Assembly: GCF_001447785.1 (NCBI RefSeq)
Contig: NW_015177076.1
Coordinates: forward strand, 109,509-173,508
Origin: Gekko japonicus
Lineage: Eukaryota
Reading direction: 5' to 3'
DNA length: 64,000 nucleotides
Shown here: piece after piece, positions 23,146 to 35,999 of the stretch
Layout of the letters: each line of letters opens with the position of its first letter
Numbering within the stretch: position 1 is the stretch's first letter
Notes under the pieces: generated by a model
What the model saw: the letters and a program-made list of their open reading frames with translations, nothing else
The model's database searches: none
Told to the model about the DNA's origin: nothing
Made by a program: the position numbers and the translations under genes

Positions 23146-23870
23146 CTGTGATCCTATTAGAAATGCTAAATAATCTGGATGTCCTCTGCCGTTGAACAAA
23201 TGATTCTCTGTAGTACCTGTCTCCAAAGCACATTCCCAGCAATTCCTTGCGGACAGTTTTATTCCAGAGTCCATAAATCAGAGGGTGGCATATAGCACTA
23301 GTAAAAGACAACCAAGTTGCTAATGTCTCCAAAGCAGGAGAAATGCTGTTTTTCCCCCAAAGTGCCTCGGATGTAATGACCACCATGTAAGGCCCCCATG
23401 TGATCACAAAAGCACCAATCACAACTAAGATAGTTATCAAAGCTTTGCATTGGTTGGCAGAATAAACCACTCCTTGAAAAGCGTTCCTTCGACTGCCTGA
23501 AGAGGAAGTTGAAGTACTAGAGTTCTTTCTCCCATTCCTTTGGGTATCTTCCTCTGCAATGACCACGCTCCCGCAATGAATCTTCCGTGCCTTAATCCTG
23601 GCCACACGGAATATGAATCCATAGCAAATCATCATTACTATGAAGGGCAGCAGAGCGCACCAGATCTGCCAAAAGGCAGTATATCCAGCCTCTTTATGCC
23701 ATGCAGCCACACACATCCATTTGAACTGATCAAACTCTAAGGAAGACCAGCCGAAGAGAGGAGGCAGGCATCCAATGAGAGAATGCAGCCACACATACAC
23801 AATGGCAACAACAGCTCTGTTACCCGTAATCTTCATTGGGTAAATCATTGGGTACAGGACAGCGTAGTAC
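23146..23870 (-). CDS. GPR161: GPR161 coding exon 2 (TM4-TM7)
   Basis: 725 nt, [19 protein letters not shown]...[17 protein letters not shown]...SNRIT. Confidence 0.97.
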
Positions 23871-25408
23871 CTGGGGGGGAAATATAAATATATACATATA
23901 TGAAATTGCAATTAATAGATAAATGAGTTTATCTATTGAATGTCAGTTCTGTCTGGATTTACCCAACTAGTCAGCAAAATTAGTAATTCACCATACACCT
24001 GGGAACTAAAAGATGAGAAATTGCCAAGGCTAAAGGATTATGACTCTATTAGCAGGATAGTTTGTAATTACTCTATATCAGACCATCAGTTTATATAAGT
24101 AATACTTACATGAATGTTATGCACTATAATAAGTTTCAGCTGAGGCCATTTACATAGCATCAAGGAGGAGGGAGGTTGTGACCATTTGTGGCAAGGGGAA
24201 GAAAGGGGAAATTGGCTGAAATTTAATGTCACGCTTCTGAGTTTGCTTGGTTACCATAATATTTTGGTGTCCTTGACAAATATTATTAACACTGTTCTTG
24301 GTACATAACATTTTACAAATTTTGCCCGTTCTACTTAGCCTCCCTCTGCTCTGCTGTCCTTAAATCCTTGTTTTGGAAAGTATAAAAAGTATTTCTTGTT
24401 GGTTGTCAGTAAACTTTCTACATTTGTCAAAAAAAGGCTATTGAAACATATGGAATCAGACTGTAGGGGGAATGGAGTGGGTCAAGCACATAAATGGAGA
24501 TGGTCTGTTTATGCCATTTCAGAAATAAAACAGAAACCTTTCTTTCATGACTCATGAGATATGATGGGATGCTATCATGTGTGTGTACGTGTGTATGGGG
24601 GATGCCATCTTACAAGTATATACCAGGCCCACAGTAATAATACATGTATTTAAAATATATGTTTGGGGTGTCAGATATAATATCAATGGAATCTTTTCCA
24701 ATAAAAAAATCAGCATTACATGTTTGGAATCCAATTTAGCCAAGTGACTTGGAGAGGTTTACTGCTTTGTAAGCCATATTTTCTGCTCTCCTGGCAGCTA
24801 TGGAAGATAACTAGATTCATAAAGAGTCCATGGAGATGTATCTTTTCACCTAAACAGTAAAAAAATATCCGTACTGGCAGCAAGCTATGCGGACTACAGA
24901 ACCCACATTGGTGCAGTGGTCCAGGAACTGTGTTTGGGAGGAGACACGAATACAAAATACCCAGCATATCTGCACAGTGGGTATTTAAAGTGTTGAGATT
25001 GCACTTCAGTCTCGGGTGTTAGAGATGTTTCAAAATATAAGTACAAAATAACTGAAAGAATGAGGCTGTTGTTGAGTCTTCCAGACACCTACGGGGACAA
25101 AATAAAGGACTAGGAAAACAGCTTCCATATTAATAAGATCTTAATTTTTTCATCTTCTGTTATTAATAATATGCTATCTACTAACTGCATATTATCATTT
25201 TGGTACCCTAATCCCTATAGAGGAAAAAGTCTGCTAGACCATCCTATATACTGATGTCAATAAATACTCCCATGAGCCTCAGCTTCAGGACACAGCCATG
25301 TTGTATTATTTGATACACAGCATGTTTCTGTGCCTCTGAACACTTAATTCTGGGCATTCTGAATTTTTGCTGCTTGCCCACATCACACATAATGTAAGAT
25401 TAGCATAC

Positions 25409-25776
25409 CGGTCTATAGCAATGAGCCCAAGAGTGAGCATGCTGGCAGAACTGATTAGCATGTACAGCAGGGCAGAGAAGTTGCACCAAACGACTCCGAA
25501 AATCCATTCCCTCCGGATGGAGCTGGTGACAACGAACGGAAGCACCAGCACAGAAAGAAGGAAGTTTGAGAGGGTCAGGCTGAAAACAAACTTGTTGCTC
25601 AGCGTGAGGAGGTAGGATTTCTTGTAGAGGGTCAGTACGATCACCAAGTTTCCTAAACAGATGAAAATAGCAATGACAATAAGAGCAATGGACTCTGTAA
25701 TTCTGCCTGCCCCATCTTCCAGTAGTGTGAGGTTCCTCAAGGCCTTCTCATTACTGAGTGAGGAGTTGATGCTCAT
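25409..25776 (-). CDS. GPR161: GPR161 coding exon 1 (TM1-TM3; exon acceptor at 25820)
   Basis: MSINSSLS...LGNLVIV...[15 protein letters not shown]...IAIDR; CG|gtatg donor. Confidence 0.96.
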
Positions 25777-26279
25777 TGTCAGAGCACAGGGTGGTGGAGT
25801 GGCCAGCACATGCTGGGCACCTGTAAAGAAGGAAAGCATTAAAAAGTTAAGCAACAATATTTACTCTGCACCAATTTCTGATGTGTGCTATATGCACTGA
25901 GTAAGCTGAAAAATGCTGCCTGTGCATAGTGGAGATTCTGCATGGGCTTGCAAAGGTCTCTCTCCCCTCCCCCCCCCAATAGAAACCCCTGTGTATGTGC
26001 CAGGTCTGTTTGTGCACTGAAGTCTTTCAGAGCTTAGGAACACACCTATGTTAAGTTATACCTCCACTGGGCCAAATCTGAAGCCTTCCTCCAATGGAAG
26101 AGCTGCTTAAGTTGGAGGAAAGTTCTTTAGGCTGGAATACGTTCTTCCAGCCTAAGACATGCTACATACCATTATGTTTGGAATCACTGGGAATGTATGT
26201 CTGTGGCATGCTAACAAACAGTGAGAGGACATCTGTACATTTTAAATGCAATCCTAACCAGAGGTACACCTTCCATTAA

Positions 26280-27120
26280 CTAGCTCCCCTTTCTAGATGC
26301 TCCTGGCTTATCCTTAGCCGTCTTTGCGCCCGATCTACTGGTTACAGAAACCGGAAAGTCTCCGCTTTCTCCCGCTCCCGGGACTCGAGAGATCTGCGCG
26401 AAGCCAAGTCCGACTCCTCTCTTCTCTTCCAGCTCAGCTTTCCTCTCCCGAGGCCACCCATATAGGCGTGGAGAAGGGCGGTGTGCGCCGCGCGTCTCCC
26501 GCTCGCCACTTCCACCCGGGGTGCCACCCTCGCCCGGCTTGCCAGCCCCATCGTTGCAGGGAAACAAAGCAAGCCGCCGTTTTGCAGCCGCCGAGGAGCG
26601 GCTCCCATACGATCGAGGCCAGCGGAGCCCGCCCAGGGCAGGAACTTTTGCCCACCGAGGGCTCCCCCCTCCACCGCACACACTCCCTCCTTACACAAAG
26701 GGAACTCCATTGCGCTCTACGTCGGGTGCTCAACTCCAGAAAGATTCCCGGTTTTCTCCCCCGCGGGGCTTCACTCACCGTCAGGGGAAGCTACTTTCTC
26801 CTTGCCCTGCTGCCTCCGTTCCAGGGGTGGGGTAGCGATTTCACGTTACGGCGCCCCAGACCCCCCACAGTCGCCGCCAGCGGAGTCCCAGAAAAGCTGC
26901 CCGACCCCCCTTCTTCCCTTTCCATCCCCCCATCTACTCTGTCACATCCCTCCACCGTCTCCTCCTCCTCCTTACGAGCCCCCCCGTCCCCTTTCACTCC
27001 TCCCCTTCCTCCTCCCCCTCTACTCCTTTGCCTCCCCCCCCCCCCCCCCCCATTTCAGGGCTGGGCTAGAAAAACTTTTTTTAAAATGCGGGTTTATATC
27101 GACTGGGGCGTATTTTCCTA
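26280..27120 (-). promoter_or_regulatory. GPR161 CpG island with probable non-coding first exon (donor ACG|GTGAGT at 26779)
   Basis: CpG-rich region 0.5-1.3 kb upstream of the ATG exon; consensus donor on minus strand. Confidence 0.6.
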
Positions 27121-27406
27121 GGCAACGATCTAGGTCGCCACTAAGGCTAAGTAGTTTCTACTGTGTGGCTAAATTAGTTTTTCCCGACATTCCCTTACAT
27201 AGTCTGAACAGTTTTCTCTCCCCCACCCCCCAACAAATTCCTTTCCCCACCCCCCTGAGTGAGACGAAAAGAAAGGCAGACTTTTGGGCGGGCGTGCTTA
27301 TATATTTAATTACAGTGAAGCAGGTAACACTAACAAAATAGGGGAAATGAAAGAAGACATAAGACTGGCAACGAAGTCATGACATTCAACATTTCCTCTC
27401 CCCAGC

Positions 27407-27620
27407 TAGGGATGCCAGCCTCCAGGTGGGACCTCGGGATCCCCCAGAATTTACAGCTCATTTCCAGACTACAGAAATTTGGAGAATGGCCTTTGGCATT
27501 GTACCCCACTGAAGTCTTTGTCCTCCCCAGGCCCCACCCCCAGATCTCTAGGAGTTTCCCAACCTGGATCTAGCAACTGTACCCCCACCCCCTGTGGGGG
27601 GGGGGGACCTGGCAACCCTA
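27407..27620. mobile_element. hAT-Blackjack-like MITE
   Basis: TIRs TAGGGATGCCA / TGGCAACCCTA; related copy 28838-29040. Confidence 0.65.
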
Positions 27621-29261
27621 TCCAGTCCACCTGACTTTGCTGTGGTGTTCTTGGCAGCAGGTCTGGGCTCTGTCTGATCCCAAGTTTTTACATATGGGAA
27701 GCAAACTGATCTGATGATTTCATAACATCTGGAAGACTTCACAGTTCCCTTGATCCTTAAGGCTGATTTGGGGATTTTACAGACATGGGGGTGGGGAGGA
27801 TGGATGGAGTGACTGATGAAAGTAGAACAAGGATGCTGGAGAGCCTAATTCTGACACTGGAGCTATAGGTTAAATTCCCATCAAGCCCCTTAAATATATG
27901 TAAAAATGTGCACCACTGAATAACGGTCAAAAAGGGAACAAAATAATGACTCTCTTATTGTTTGATTGCTTCTTTTGGCAGTCTAAGCCTAATCTTTTTT
28001 TTTTACACTGCCTTTTATATTTCCATTCGTTTAATCCTTATATAAAAGGAAGCGGGTGGGTAAGCTCACCACTTCTAGTGACAAGTCACCCAGGAAAAAT
28101 CACTGAAGAATTCAGCTACAATTCTGGGAAGAACTATAAAGGCGAGGAGAGCTGTGGTGCAGTTCAATGTTATTGGTGTCCATTGTGGTGAGATCACAGA
28201 AAACAAATAGGACTCTCGTGGCAGTTTAAAGAGGAACAGATTTATTGCAGCATTAAGTGTTTGTGGACAAGAGCCCATTTCATCTGATGCCAAGAGTATT
28301 TTCATTGGCCAGTTGTGTCATATAGGGACTGAGAGAAACAAAATGCAGAGTGTGGAGCCCAAATGCGGTTAGGATGGAGCCCAGTCTGATCTCGGTCTTC
28401 ATGAGTTGCTTGTTCTCTCAGGGTTTCTTGGCTGGTGCAGCATCTACCTGTGGAGGAAACTAAGGTTGCTTAGTTTTGTGGGTGGAGCCTTGGGAGGGAC
28501 CTCAGGAGCCTACCCTCCAAAGCAGCCATTTTCTCTAGAGGAACTGATCTTGGTAACTGGGAGATCGATTATAATAGCAGGTCTCCAGGCAATCCTAGAG
28601 AGAAACACATTAAACTTATCCATTTCATGTGGTCATCTCTTATTTTCTGAGGGTGAGATGGCTGGCTGGAGGGTTTGGGCTCTTTTGGAAAGCAGAGAGA
28701 ACAAGATGTGCTTTCAGCACATAAACTAAGGATGGCTTCCCTGTACTGAATTTAGGAAACTGAGCCAGTTTCTCATGCGGCTCCTCTGTGGTTATGGGAC
28801 TTGGAAGGCCATGGCTGTCTGGGGTTAGAAGGGAGGGTAGGGTTGCTGGCTCTCCATTGGGAAATACCTGGAGATTTTGTGGGTGGAGTCTGGGAAAGGT
28901 GTGGTTTGAGGAGGGGTATAATGCCATAGAGTCCATCCTCCAAAGCAGCCATTTTCTCCAGGGGAACTGATCTTGGTCCTCTGGTGATCAATTATAATAG
29001 TGGGAGATCTCCAGGTGCCCCCTAGAGGTTGGCAACACTACGGAAGAACCCGTTTTTTATACTGACAGTGGCTTAAAATGTTATTGATGTTGATATCTGT
29101 TGCAGAAAAAAAATTAATTCACCTGGTCACCAGACTTCCACCTTGGGGTACCAGCTTCACTTAGGTTCACAGGGCTGGATGGGATTCTGGCAGGACATCA
29201 ACTCTTGGTAGGAAAGAGAAGAGGACACAAGCCTGCAGGACAATCTATTTATTTGAACCTT

Positions 29262-29584
29262 AAAGGTAAAGGTTTCCCTTGCTCAAAAACTAGTCAAATC
29301 CAACTCTAGGGGGTGGTGCTCATCTCCGTTTCCAAGCCGAAGAGCCAGCGTTGTCCAAAGACATTCCCGTGGTCATGTGGCTGGCATGACTCAACGCCAA
29401 GGCATGTGGAATGCTGTTACCTTCCCACCGAAGCGGTACCTATTTATCTACTTGCAATGTCTTGCTTTCAAACCACTAGGTTGGCAGGAGCTGGGACCAG
29501 AGATAGGCGCTCACTCTGTCACATGGCACTCGGGTCTCGAACTGCTGAGCTACAGACCTTCTGCAGTTTCAGCGTCTTAACCTC
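29262..29584 (-). mobile_element. Sauria SINE
   Basis: (ACCTTT) tail and Sauria SINE body; similar to 37638 and 52364. Confidence 0.85.
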
Positions 29585-30368
29585 NNNNNNNNNNNNNNNN
29601 NNNNNNNNNNNNNNNNNNNNNNNNNNNNNNNNNNNNNNNNNNNNNNNNNNNNNNNNNNNNNNNNNNNNNNNNNNNNNNNNNNNNNNNNNNNNNNNNNNNN
29701 NNNNNNNNNNNNNNNNNAAATGGCAGTGTATTCACCAAAAATGGCAGTGTCAAGAGACATTTCTTGACCACCACCCGAAGACCCCAAAAAGGTGTTCAGG
29801 AGGTGGTGCTGAACAAAGGAACCTTGACAATATTTATTCCCATTTCAAGCTAATGAAAGACATACATCAAATTTCCTGTGTGAATATCACCAGCGCACCA
29901 GTATCCAGAGCCTTTCCCTTGATGGTACCATAAAACCATAAACTTTTCCTCCCTAAGGGCATCAGATAGGTCCAAGCCTTTGGCCAGAGAAGGTGAGGTA
30001 TAGACAAAAATCTCTAGATGTCTAGTCTTGGGGCTTAGTGCATTTTAGCTAAAAGAATGTGAGGTATATGTGGGAAACAGCCAGGCACCTTTTTGCTACT
30101 AGGAAGCAAGCACTGGACATACTGCAGTGCTTCATGGGAAGAAACCAAAGTCTGCTTGTGCTACATCTATTCAATATACCTTATACATAAATGGCCAAGT
30201 CTCCTTTAATCCAGAATTCTTCCACAGTATCCCTGGAACACAATATCCATCAGCTCTGAATACTCTGCAGTACTCTTGGTATGCATTTGTGGTTGAAGGA
30301 GGGTTTTACCTGCTGATTTTCTGTCTGTCATACAAAATTAGGAACACACCCCATTGTTGTTTAACTAT

Positions 30369-31082
30369 GGCTGCGGTCACACGGAGCAGTAGCTACGCTA
30401 CAGAGACGGAAGATAGGCGGATTTTCCGGGCGCGATCACAGCGCCACATCTGGGAAGCGTAGAGCTCCCGTGGCGAACCCGAGGCTTCCCGCCGAAGATG
30501 TGGAGTAAAAAACTAGTACCTCCAAGGTACTAGTTTCCGGAAACAGCGGGGCAAGGGCGGGCGCCTGATCGCGTTTCCGGTGGTAGGTCATGGCATCCGG
30601 CGCCCACCCATGTCCCGTCGCTAAAAGGTTTTTTTCCCCAAGTCTCCACGGGATGCGCACAAGCACCCAACGGCGCATGCACACACTTCGTTTAAAAACA
30701 AACAACACAGCCCCCTCCTCTTTTCCGTACCCCCCCACTCCTGGCTCGGCCTGCCCGAGAGGAACTCTCTGCACCGGGCGGCAGAGGGGGAGGTGCAGGG
30801 GGGGCGTGGCGGGAGGGCAGCCCTGCTGAAGCTCCTCCTGGAGGGGACGGACGGAGGACACAGTTTGCATTCCTCTGCAGCCCTGGAAGGGGTTAAACCC
30901 GCGGAGCCTTTTGCTAGAGAGGCCGCTTCTTTGCCACGCCGCAGGATTGTTCTGTGATCGGCACCTCCCCCCTAACCACGGGACCTCTACGGGACGTCTG
31001 ACCGCGCAATCGCGCATTATTTTGCTCCGGGGCCAACAGCCACGCTTCCCTCCCGCCTTTTCCTGCCCGTGTGACCAGGGCC
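30369..31082. mobile_element. PIF/Harbinger-like CpG-rich MITE
   Basis: TIRs GGCTGCGGTCACACGG / CCGTGTGACCAGGGCC; internal AAAACTAGTACCTCCAAG shared with the 47257 copy. Confidence 0.6.
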
Positions 31083-31561
31083 CACATAGAGTTCCCCCCC
31101 TACTTTTTGGGTACAGACCATGGCCTTTTCAAAGCACTGTTATCAAAAGGAATCTGCAAGTCATTCTTTGGGGCCATTTAAAAACGAGAAGCTATTGAAG
31201 GAACCCGCAGTTGAAAAGTGGGGATGAGAATGGATTAACTTCTGGAAACTCCCACTCCCCACCTTTAACAACTATCAGTTTTAGCTTCTCAGTGCTCTGC
31301 CAGGCCTGAACAGCTACTGGTCAGGTTACTTTTATTGGGGTACACTCCCAGGAGGGAAGCCTTATTGTTGTGGGGTCACAAAGGGCCCAGCTATAGACAA
31401 ATATCCAAAACACTTAGAGATGTAACATTTCTGGAAAATTTGAAGCCATAAAAAAGTGTTATATTGGGATTGGGTGTGTGTGTTAAACTATGGAAAAAAT
31501 GAAAATATATGCAATACTTACTTGCCTATCAAGCCCAACATAACTTAGTTAGCATATGGTG

Positions 31562-31760
31562 GTGGAAAGTTCTATTAAGTCACAGCTGAGTTATGGTGAC
31601 CCTGTGGAGTTTTCAAAGCAAGATATGTTCAGAAGTGGTTTGCCATTGCCTGCCTCTGCATACGATCCTGGACTTCCTTGGTGATCTCCCATCCAAGTAC
31701 TAATCAGGACTGGCCCAGACTAGCTTCTGAGTTCTGATGAGATCAGGGATAGCGTTGGGC
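31562..31760 (-). mobile_element. 5S rRNA-derived SINE
   Basis: Reverse complement contains degenerate 5S internal control region (GATCTCATCAGAACTCAGAAGCTA..AGTACTTGGATGGGAGA) plus SINE tail. Confidence 0.75.
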
Positions 31761-32012
31761 AATTAGCGTATACAATTGTACTAAGTATAAATTGTACTAA
31801 GTATAATATAAATAAAAAAATTTAAAAGTATAAATGCAATCCTAAGCAGATGAGCACCGCAACCCTAGAGTCGGACTCGACTGGCTTTCGAGCAAGGGAA
31901 CCTTTACCTTTTAAGCAGGTCTACTCAGAATCCTGCTCATGTCTGTTCAGTGGGGCTTACTTTCAGGGCATTATTCTTAGGATTGCACTTTTAGCTTTTT
32001 ACAAGAAAATAT

Positions 32013-33334
32013 GTTAATATACCCAATCCTTGATTAACAGAGCTGTTCTTCCTTAGCACATGTATCTTAATTTTTGCCATCTAAAAAGCAGGAAAAAATA
32101 AAACTTGAAGTTAGAAAAAATAATTTTGTAGTATTTATTTACTTATTTAATTAGATTTATATACTGCCCTCCCCAATGGGCTCACGGTGGTGTACAACAG
32201 TTAAATATACAATTAAAACAGTATTAAAATAACAGTAAAGTAGTATATTAATTGAACATATAGTCATATCAGTACTAGCTAGGGTTGCCAAGTTGATTCC
32301 TCTTACCGGCGGGGGAGAATCACTGGGCTCCATAGAGTTTTCCCTCCGACGATCGGGGCCATGCCCCCAACGTGATCGATGTGGTTGCGTCACCTCTGGT
32401 GACGGAGCCATGCTGTGCTTCGGGGGGCGGAGTCCCCCCCGGGGGCCCGATTCCACTGCAGCGGAAATTGGGCCTCCAAAGCGGGGGTTTCCCCGCCCCC
32501 CGCCCCCACTTGGCAGCCCTAGTACTAGCAGTATATTTGGATATCATGTTTCATTTATCAGAAAAAGAAACACTAAATTCTTTAATAGTGTATTACCATC
32601 AAATACATTACAGCATATTTGTTTAGATACTTATACACCTATGTCTCCTCAGTGGGTCCCCAAAATGGCTTACAGCTCTCTCTTCCTTCATGTTATCCTG
32701 ACAACAGTCCTGTGAGGTAGGTTAGGTGGACACAAGTGACTGATCCAAGGTTACCTAGCAAGATTCCACAAAGTGGAGATTCAAACCTGGGTCTTCCAAA
32801 TCATAGCCCTTGAAAATGTAACATAAGTTTACAAAGGAATTGTTATTATTTAACACTGTAGATTGTCTTACATGAAAATTTTCATGCTATGCATTTTGAG
32901 TAAACACTCTTAAAAAAAACTCCATTAAACAAACAAAAAATAAACGAATGAATGGAGGTGTGCCCCCCCCCCGTTACTCCATATTTTCTTTGTGGAAAAA
33001 TGGGGGTCCCCTGAATGTTTCTGGGTTTTTTGTGTGGGGAGGGGCGCCCTCAAGTCTTTAGGAATACTCCCTGTACCATGACCTCTAGTTAATTAGTGTC
33101 ACAATGGAATCCTAAAATGAGCTGCACTCTTCTAAACCCAGGGATTTCAATAGATTTAGAATAGCGTAACCCTATCTAGAATTGCATTGTCAATAATTTG
33201 CCTGGTATGAACAGATGCTGCATTTATGATATAGGAGGGAGGGGACTCACAAGAACAGTGCATTTTGGCAACTTTTGATGTTTTTTTAAAAATTTATTTA
33301 AAGTATTTATTATCCATTTTTCTTCCTTACAGAG
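32013..33334. repeat. Direct duplication copy 1 (~1.32 kb)
   Basis: Near-identical to 34192-35511 from gttaatatacccaatcc to tcttccttacagag. Confidence 0.95.
32280..32521. mobile_element. hAT-Blackjack-like MITE (duplicated at about 34459-34698)
   Basis: TIRs TAGGGTTGCCA / TGGCAGCCCTA with perfect 8-bp TSD GTACTAGC. Confidence 0.85.
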
Positions 33335-34191
33335 TGAAAAGTATGCAGACGGAGAGTGATTTCAGCTAAGCATACCTTTATTTAGTCAGGACAAAGACAA
33401 GGGACCAGCTCGCAGGCTGGTTTATATACGTTCAGAAAACCCGCCACCAAGTACACCTAAACACACCCCCTACTCCCGATAGGCTATTTACAGTAACCGG
33501 GCGACCATTGGTCTCCCGGCTGAGAAGCTGGCCCTTTGATTGGGCCGGCTAGGATCCTACGGACCCATTGTCTTTGGACATGAAGCTATTGAAGAGTTGT
33601 GCCTGGCCAGCCCGGGCAAGTCCGGGCATGTCAGGCTGAATACATTACACCCCTCCCCCCTTGGTTCAGAAGGCACCCACAGACGAAGTCCTTCAAGTAG
33701 GCGGGTGGCTTCTTGGGGCGCGTCGAGCGTCGGGGCTCCGGGGTAGCGATGGGTTCGGTCTCGGGGGCCCTGGGAGCCGAGGGGCCTGGGACCGACGAGG
33801 GCGCCGAGGAGGCAGGACAGTCTGGCACCACGGTGGGAGGTGCCTCGGGTTCCTCACGGAGAGGCGGCTGTGGATCCGGTTCCGGTAGTGGGGCCGATGT
33901 GGCAGGCTCTGGGTCCTCGTCCGGATCCTCAGGGTCCAGCTGTAGCGTGCGACGGCGCAGCTGATCTATGTGCCGGTGGAGGATCTGGCCGTCCTCGCTG
34001 GAGACCTCGTATGAACGGGGGCCCTTGACCCGTATGACTCGGGCTGGGATCCATTGAGGCCCCCGGCCGTAGTTTCGGGCGTACACCGGGTCCTCTGGAA
34101 AGAACCCTCTGGCCGGCTCGTACGTCTCGGTGCCCGGGGCCTCCGGGGTTGCCCGATCTGGGTGTAACCGATCCAGTCGGGAGGCCAGGCG
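33335..34191 (-). mobile_element. Truncated Gypsy LTR-retrotransposon fragment: integrase C-terminal region, PPT (33650-33660) and 3' LTR (33335-33649)
   Basis: Open frame RLASRLDRLHPD..VYARNYGRGPQWIPARV..GPRSYEV..HRHIDQLR..PRRSTR..PPAYLKDFV; GGGGGGAGGGG then TGTAATGTA. Confidence 0.9.
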
Positions 34192-35511
34192 GTTAATATA
34201 CCCAATCCTTGATTAACAGAGCTGTTCTTCCTTAGCACATGTATCTTAATTTTTGCCATCTAAAAAGCAGGAAAAAATAAAACTTGAAGTTAGAAAAAAT
34301 AATTTTGTAGTATTTATTTACTTATTTAATTAGATTTATATACTGCCCTCCCCAATGGGCTCACGGTGGTGTACAACAGTTAAATATACAATTAAAACAG
34401 TATTAAAATAACAGTAAAGTAGTATATTAATTGAACATATAGTCATATCAGTACTAGCTAGGGTTGCCAAGTTGATTCCTCTTACCGGCGGGGGAGAATC
34501 ACTGGGCTCCATAGAGTTTTCCCTCCGACGATCGGGGCCATGCCCCCAACGTGATCGATGTGGTTGCGTCACCTCTGGTGACGGAGCCATGCTGTGCTTC
34601 GGGGGGCGGAGTCCCCCCGGGGCCCGATTCCACAGCAGCGGAAATTGGGCCTCCAAAGCGGGGGTTTACCCGCCCCCCGCCCCCACTTGGCAGCCCTAGT
34701 ACTAGCAGTATATTTGGATATCATGTTTCATTTATCAGAAAAAGAAACACTAAATTCTTTAATAGTGTATTACCATCAAATACATTACAGCATATTTGTT
34801 TAGATACTTATACACCCATGTCTCCTCAGTGGGTCCCCAGAATGGCTTACAGCTCTCTCCTCCTTCATGTTATCCTGACAACAGTCCTGTGAGGTAGGTT
34901 AGGTGGACACAAGTGACTGATCCAAGGTTACCTAGCAAGATTCCACAAAGTGGAGATTCAAACCTGGGTCTTCCAAATCATAGTCCTTGAAAATGTAACA
35001 TAAGTTTACAAAGGAATTGTTATTATTTAACACTGTAGATTGTCTTACATGAAAATTTTCATGCTACGCATTTTGAGTAAACACTCCATTAAACAAACAA
35101 AAAATAAATGAATGAATGGAGGTGTGCCCCCCCGTTACTCCATATTTCCACAAAGAAAAGTCCTTTGTGGAAAAATGGGGGTCCCCTGAATGTTTCTGGG
35201 TTTTTTGTGTGGGGAGGGGCGCCCTCAAGTCTTTAGGAATACTCCCTGTACCATGACCTCTAGTTAATTACAGTGTCACAATGGAATCCTAAAATGAGCT
35301 GCACTCTTCTAAACCCAAGGATTTCAATAGATTTAGAATAGCGTAACCCTATCTAGAATTGCATTGTCAGTAATTTGCCTGGTATGAACAGATGCTGCAT
35401 TTATGATATAGGAGGGAGGGGACTCACAAGAACAGTGCATTTTGGCAACTTTTGATGTTTTTTTAAAAATTTATTTAAAGTATTTATTATCCATTTTTCT
35501 TCCTTACAGAG
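34192..35511. repeat. Direct duplication copy 2 (~1.32 kb)
   Basis: Matches 32013-33334 with a few substitutions and small indels. Confidence 0.95.
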
Positions 35512-35632
35512 CTCAAGCCGTACATTACACAGAGCTCAAGCCGGCTTGCAATATTACATAAAACAGATTACATTTAAAAAAAAATTAAACCCCCAAATTA
35601 GGACTGTTGTTATAGTACTTGCATGTTACATA

Positions 35633-35994
35633 GGGCCGGAAAACGCGGCGGCGGGGGGGAGGGGAGGCGTGGCTATTTGTGGCGCTGCAATTAGCCACGT
35701 GACAAGGCGATCAGACGGGTTGGCGGCAACCGACGGTTCGGGCCCTCGGGGTACACGCTGCAACGAAGACAGCTGGAGGGAAAAGCCATGCTGGCAAGAT
35801 CACACCAAGGGAGCCCCGAGGCAGCCGTGGCAAACCGTTTGCTACTACCTTCGAGGAGGTATTTTTTTATCGCACATTTTCAGCGGCATGCCAGGGTGCG
35901 CTCCACTTGCCAGATGTTGTGGTGTGATTGCGCCCAGAAAATCTACCATCCAATTGTGGGAGAGCCACGGCAAATTCGCCCTGTGAACGGGCCC
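35633..35994. mobile_element. PIF/Harbinger-like CpG-rich MITE
   Basis: GGGCC...GGCCC termini with 3-bp TSD ATA; right end CTGTGAACGGGCCC resembles the 8183 copy. Confidence 0.6.
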
Positions 35995-35999
35995 ATAGT

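Noticed and set aside
26324-27341. Long plus-strand ORFs (265 aa and 286 aa) and overlapping ORFs
   Set aside because: Pro/Arg/Ala-rich open frames in all directions over a GC-rich CpG island; no recognisable domain.
30360-31100. Apparent CpG-island promoter or 193-aa ORF
   Set aside because: Bounded by TIRs shared with other MITEs; explained as a CpG-rich transposon.
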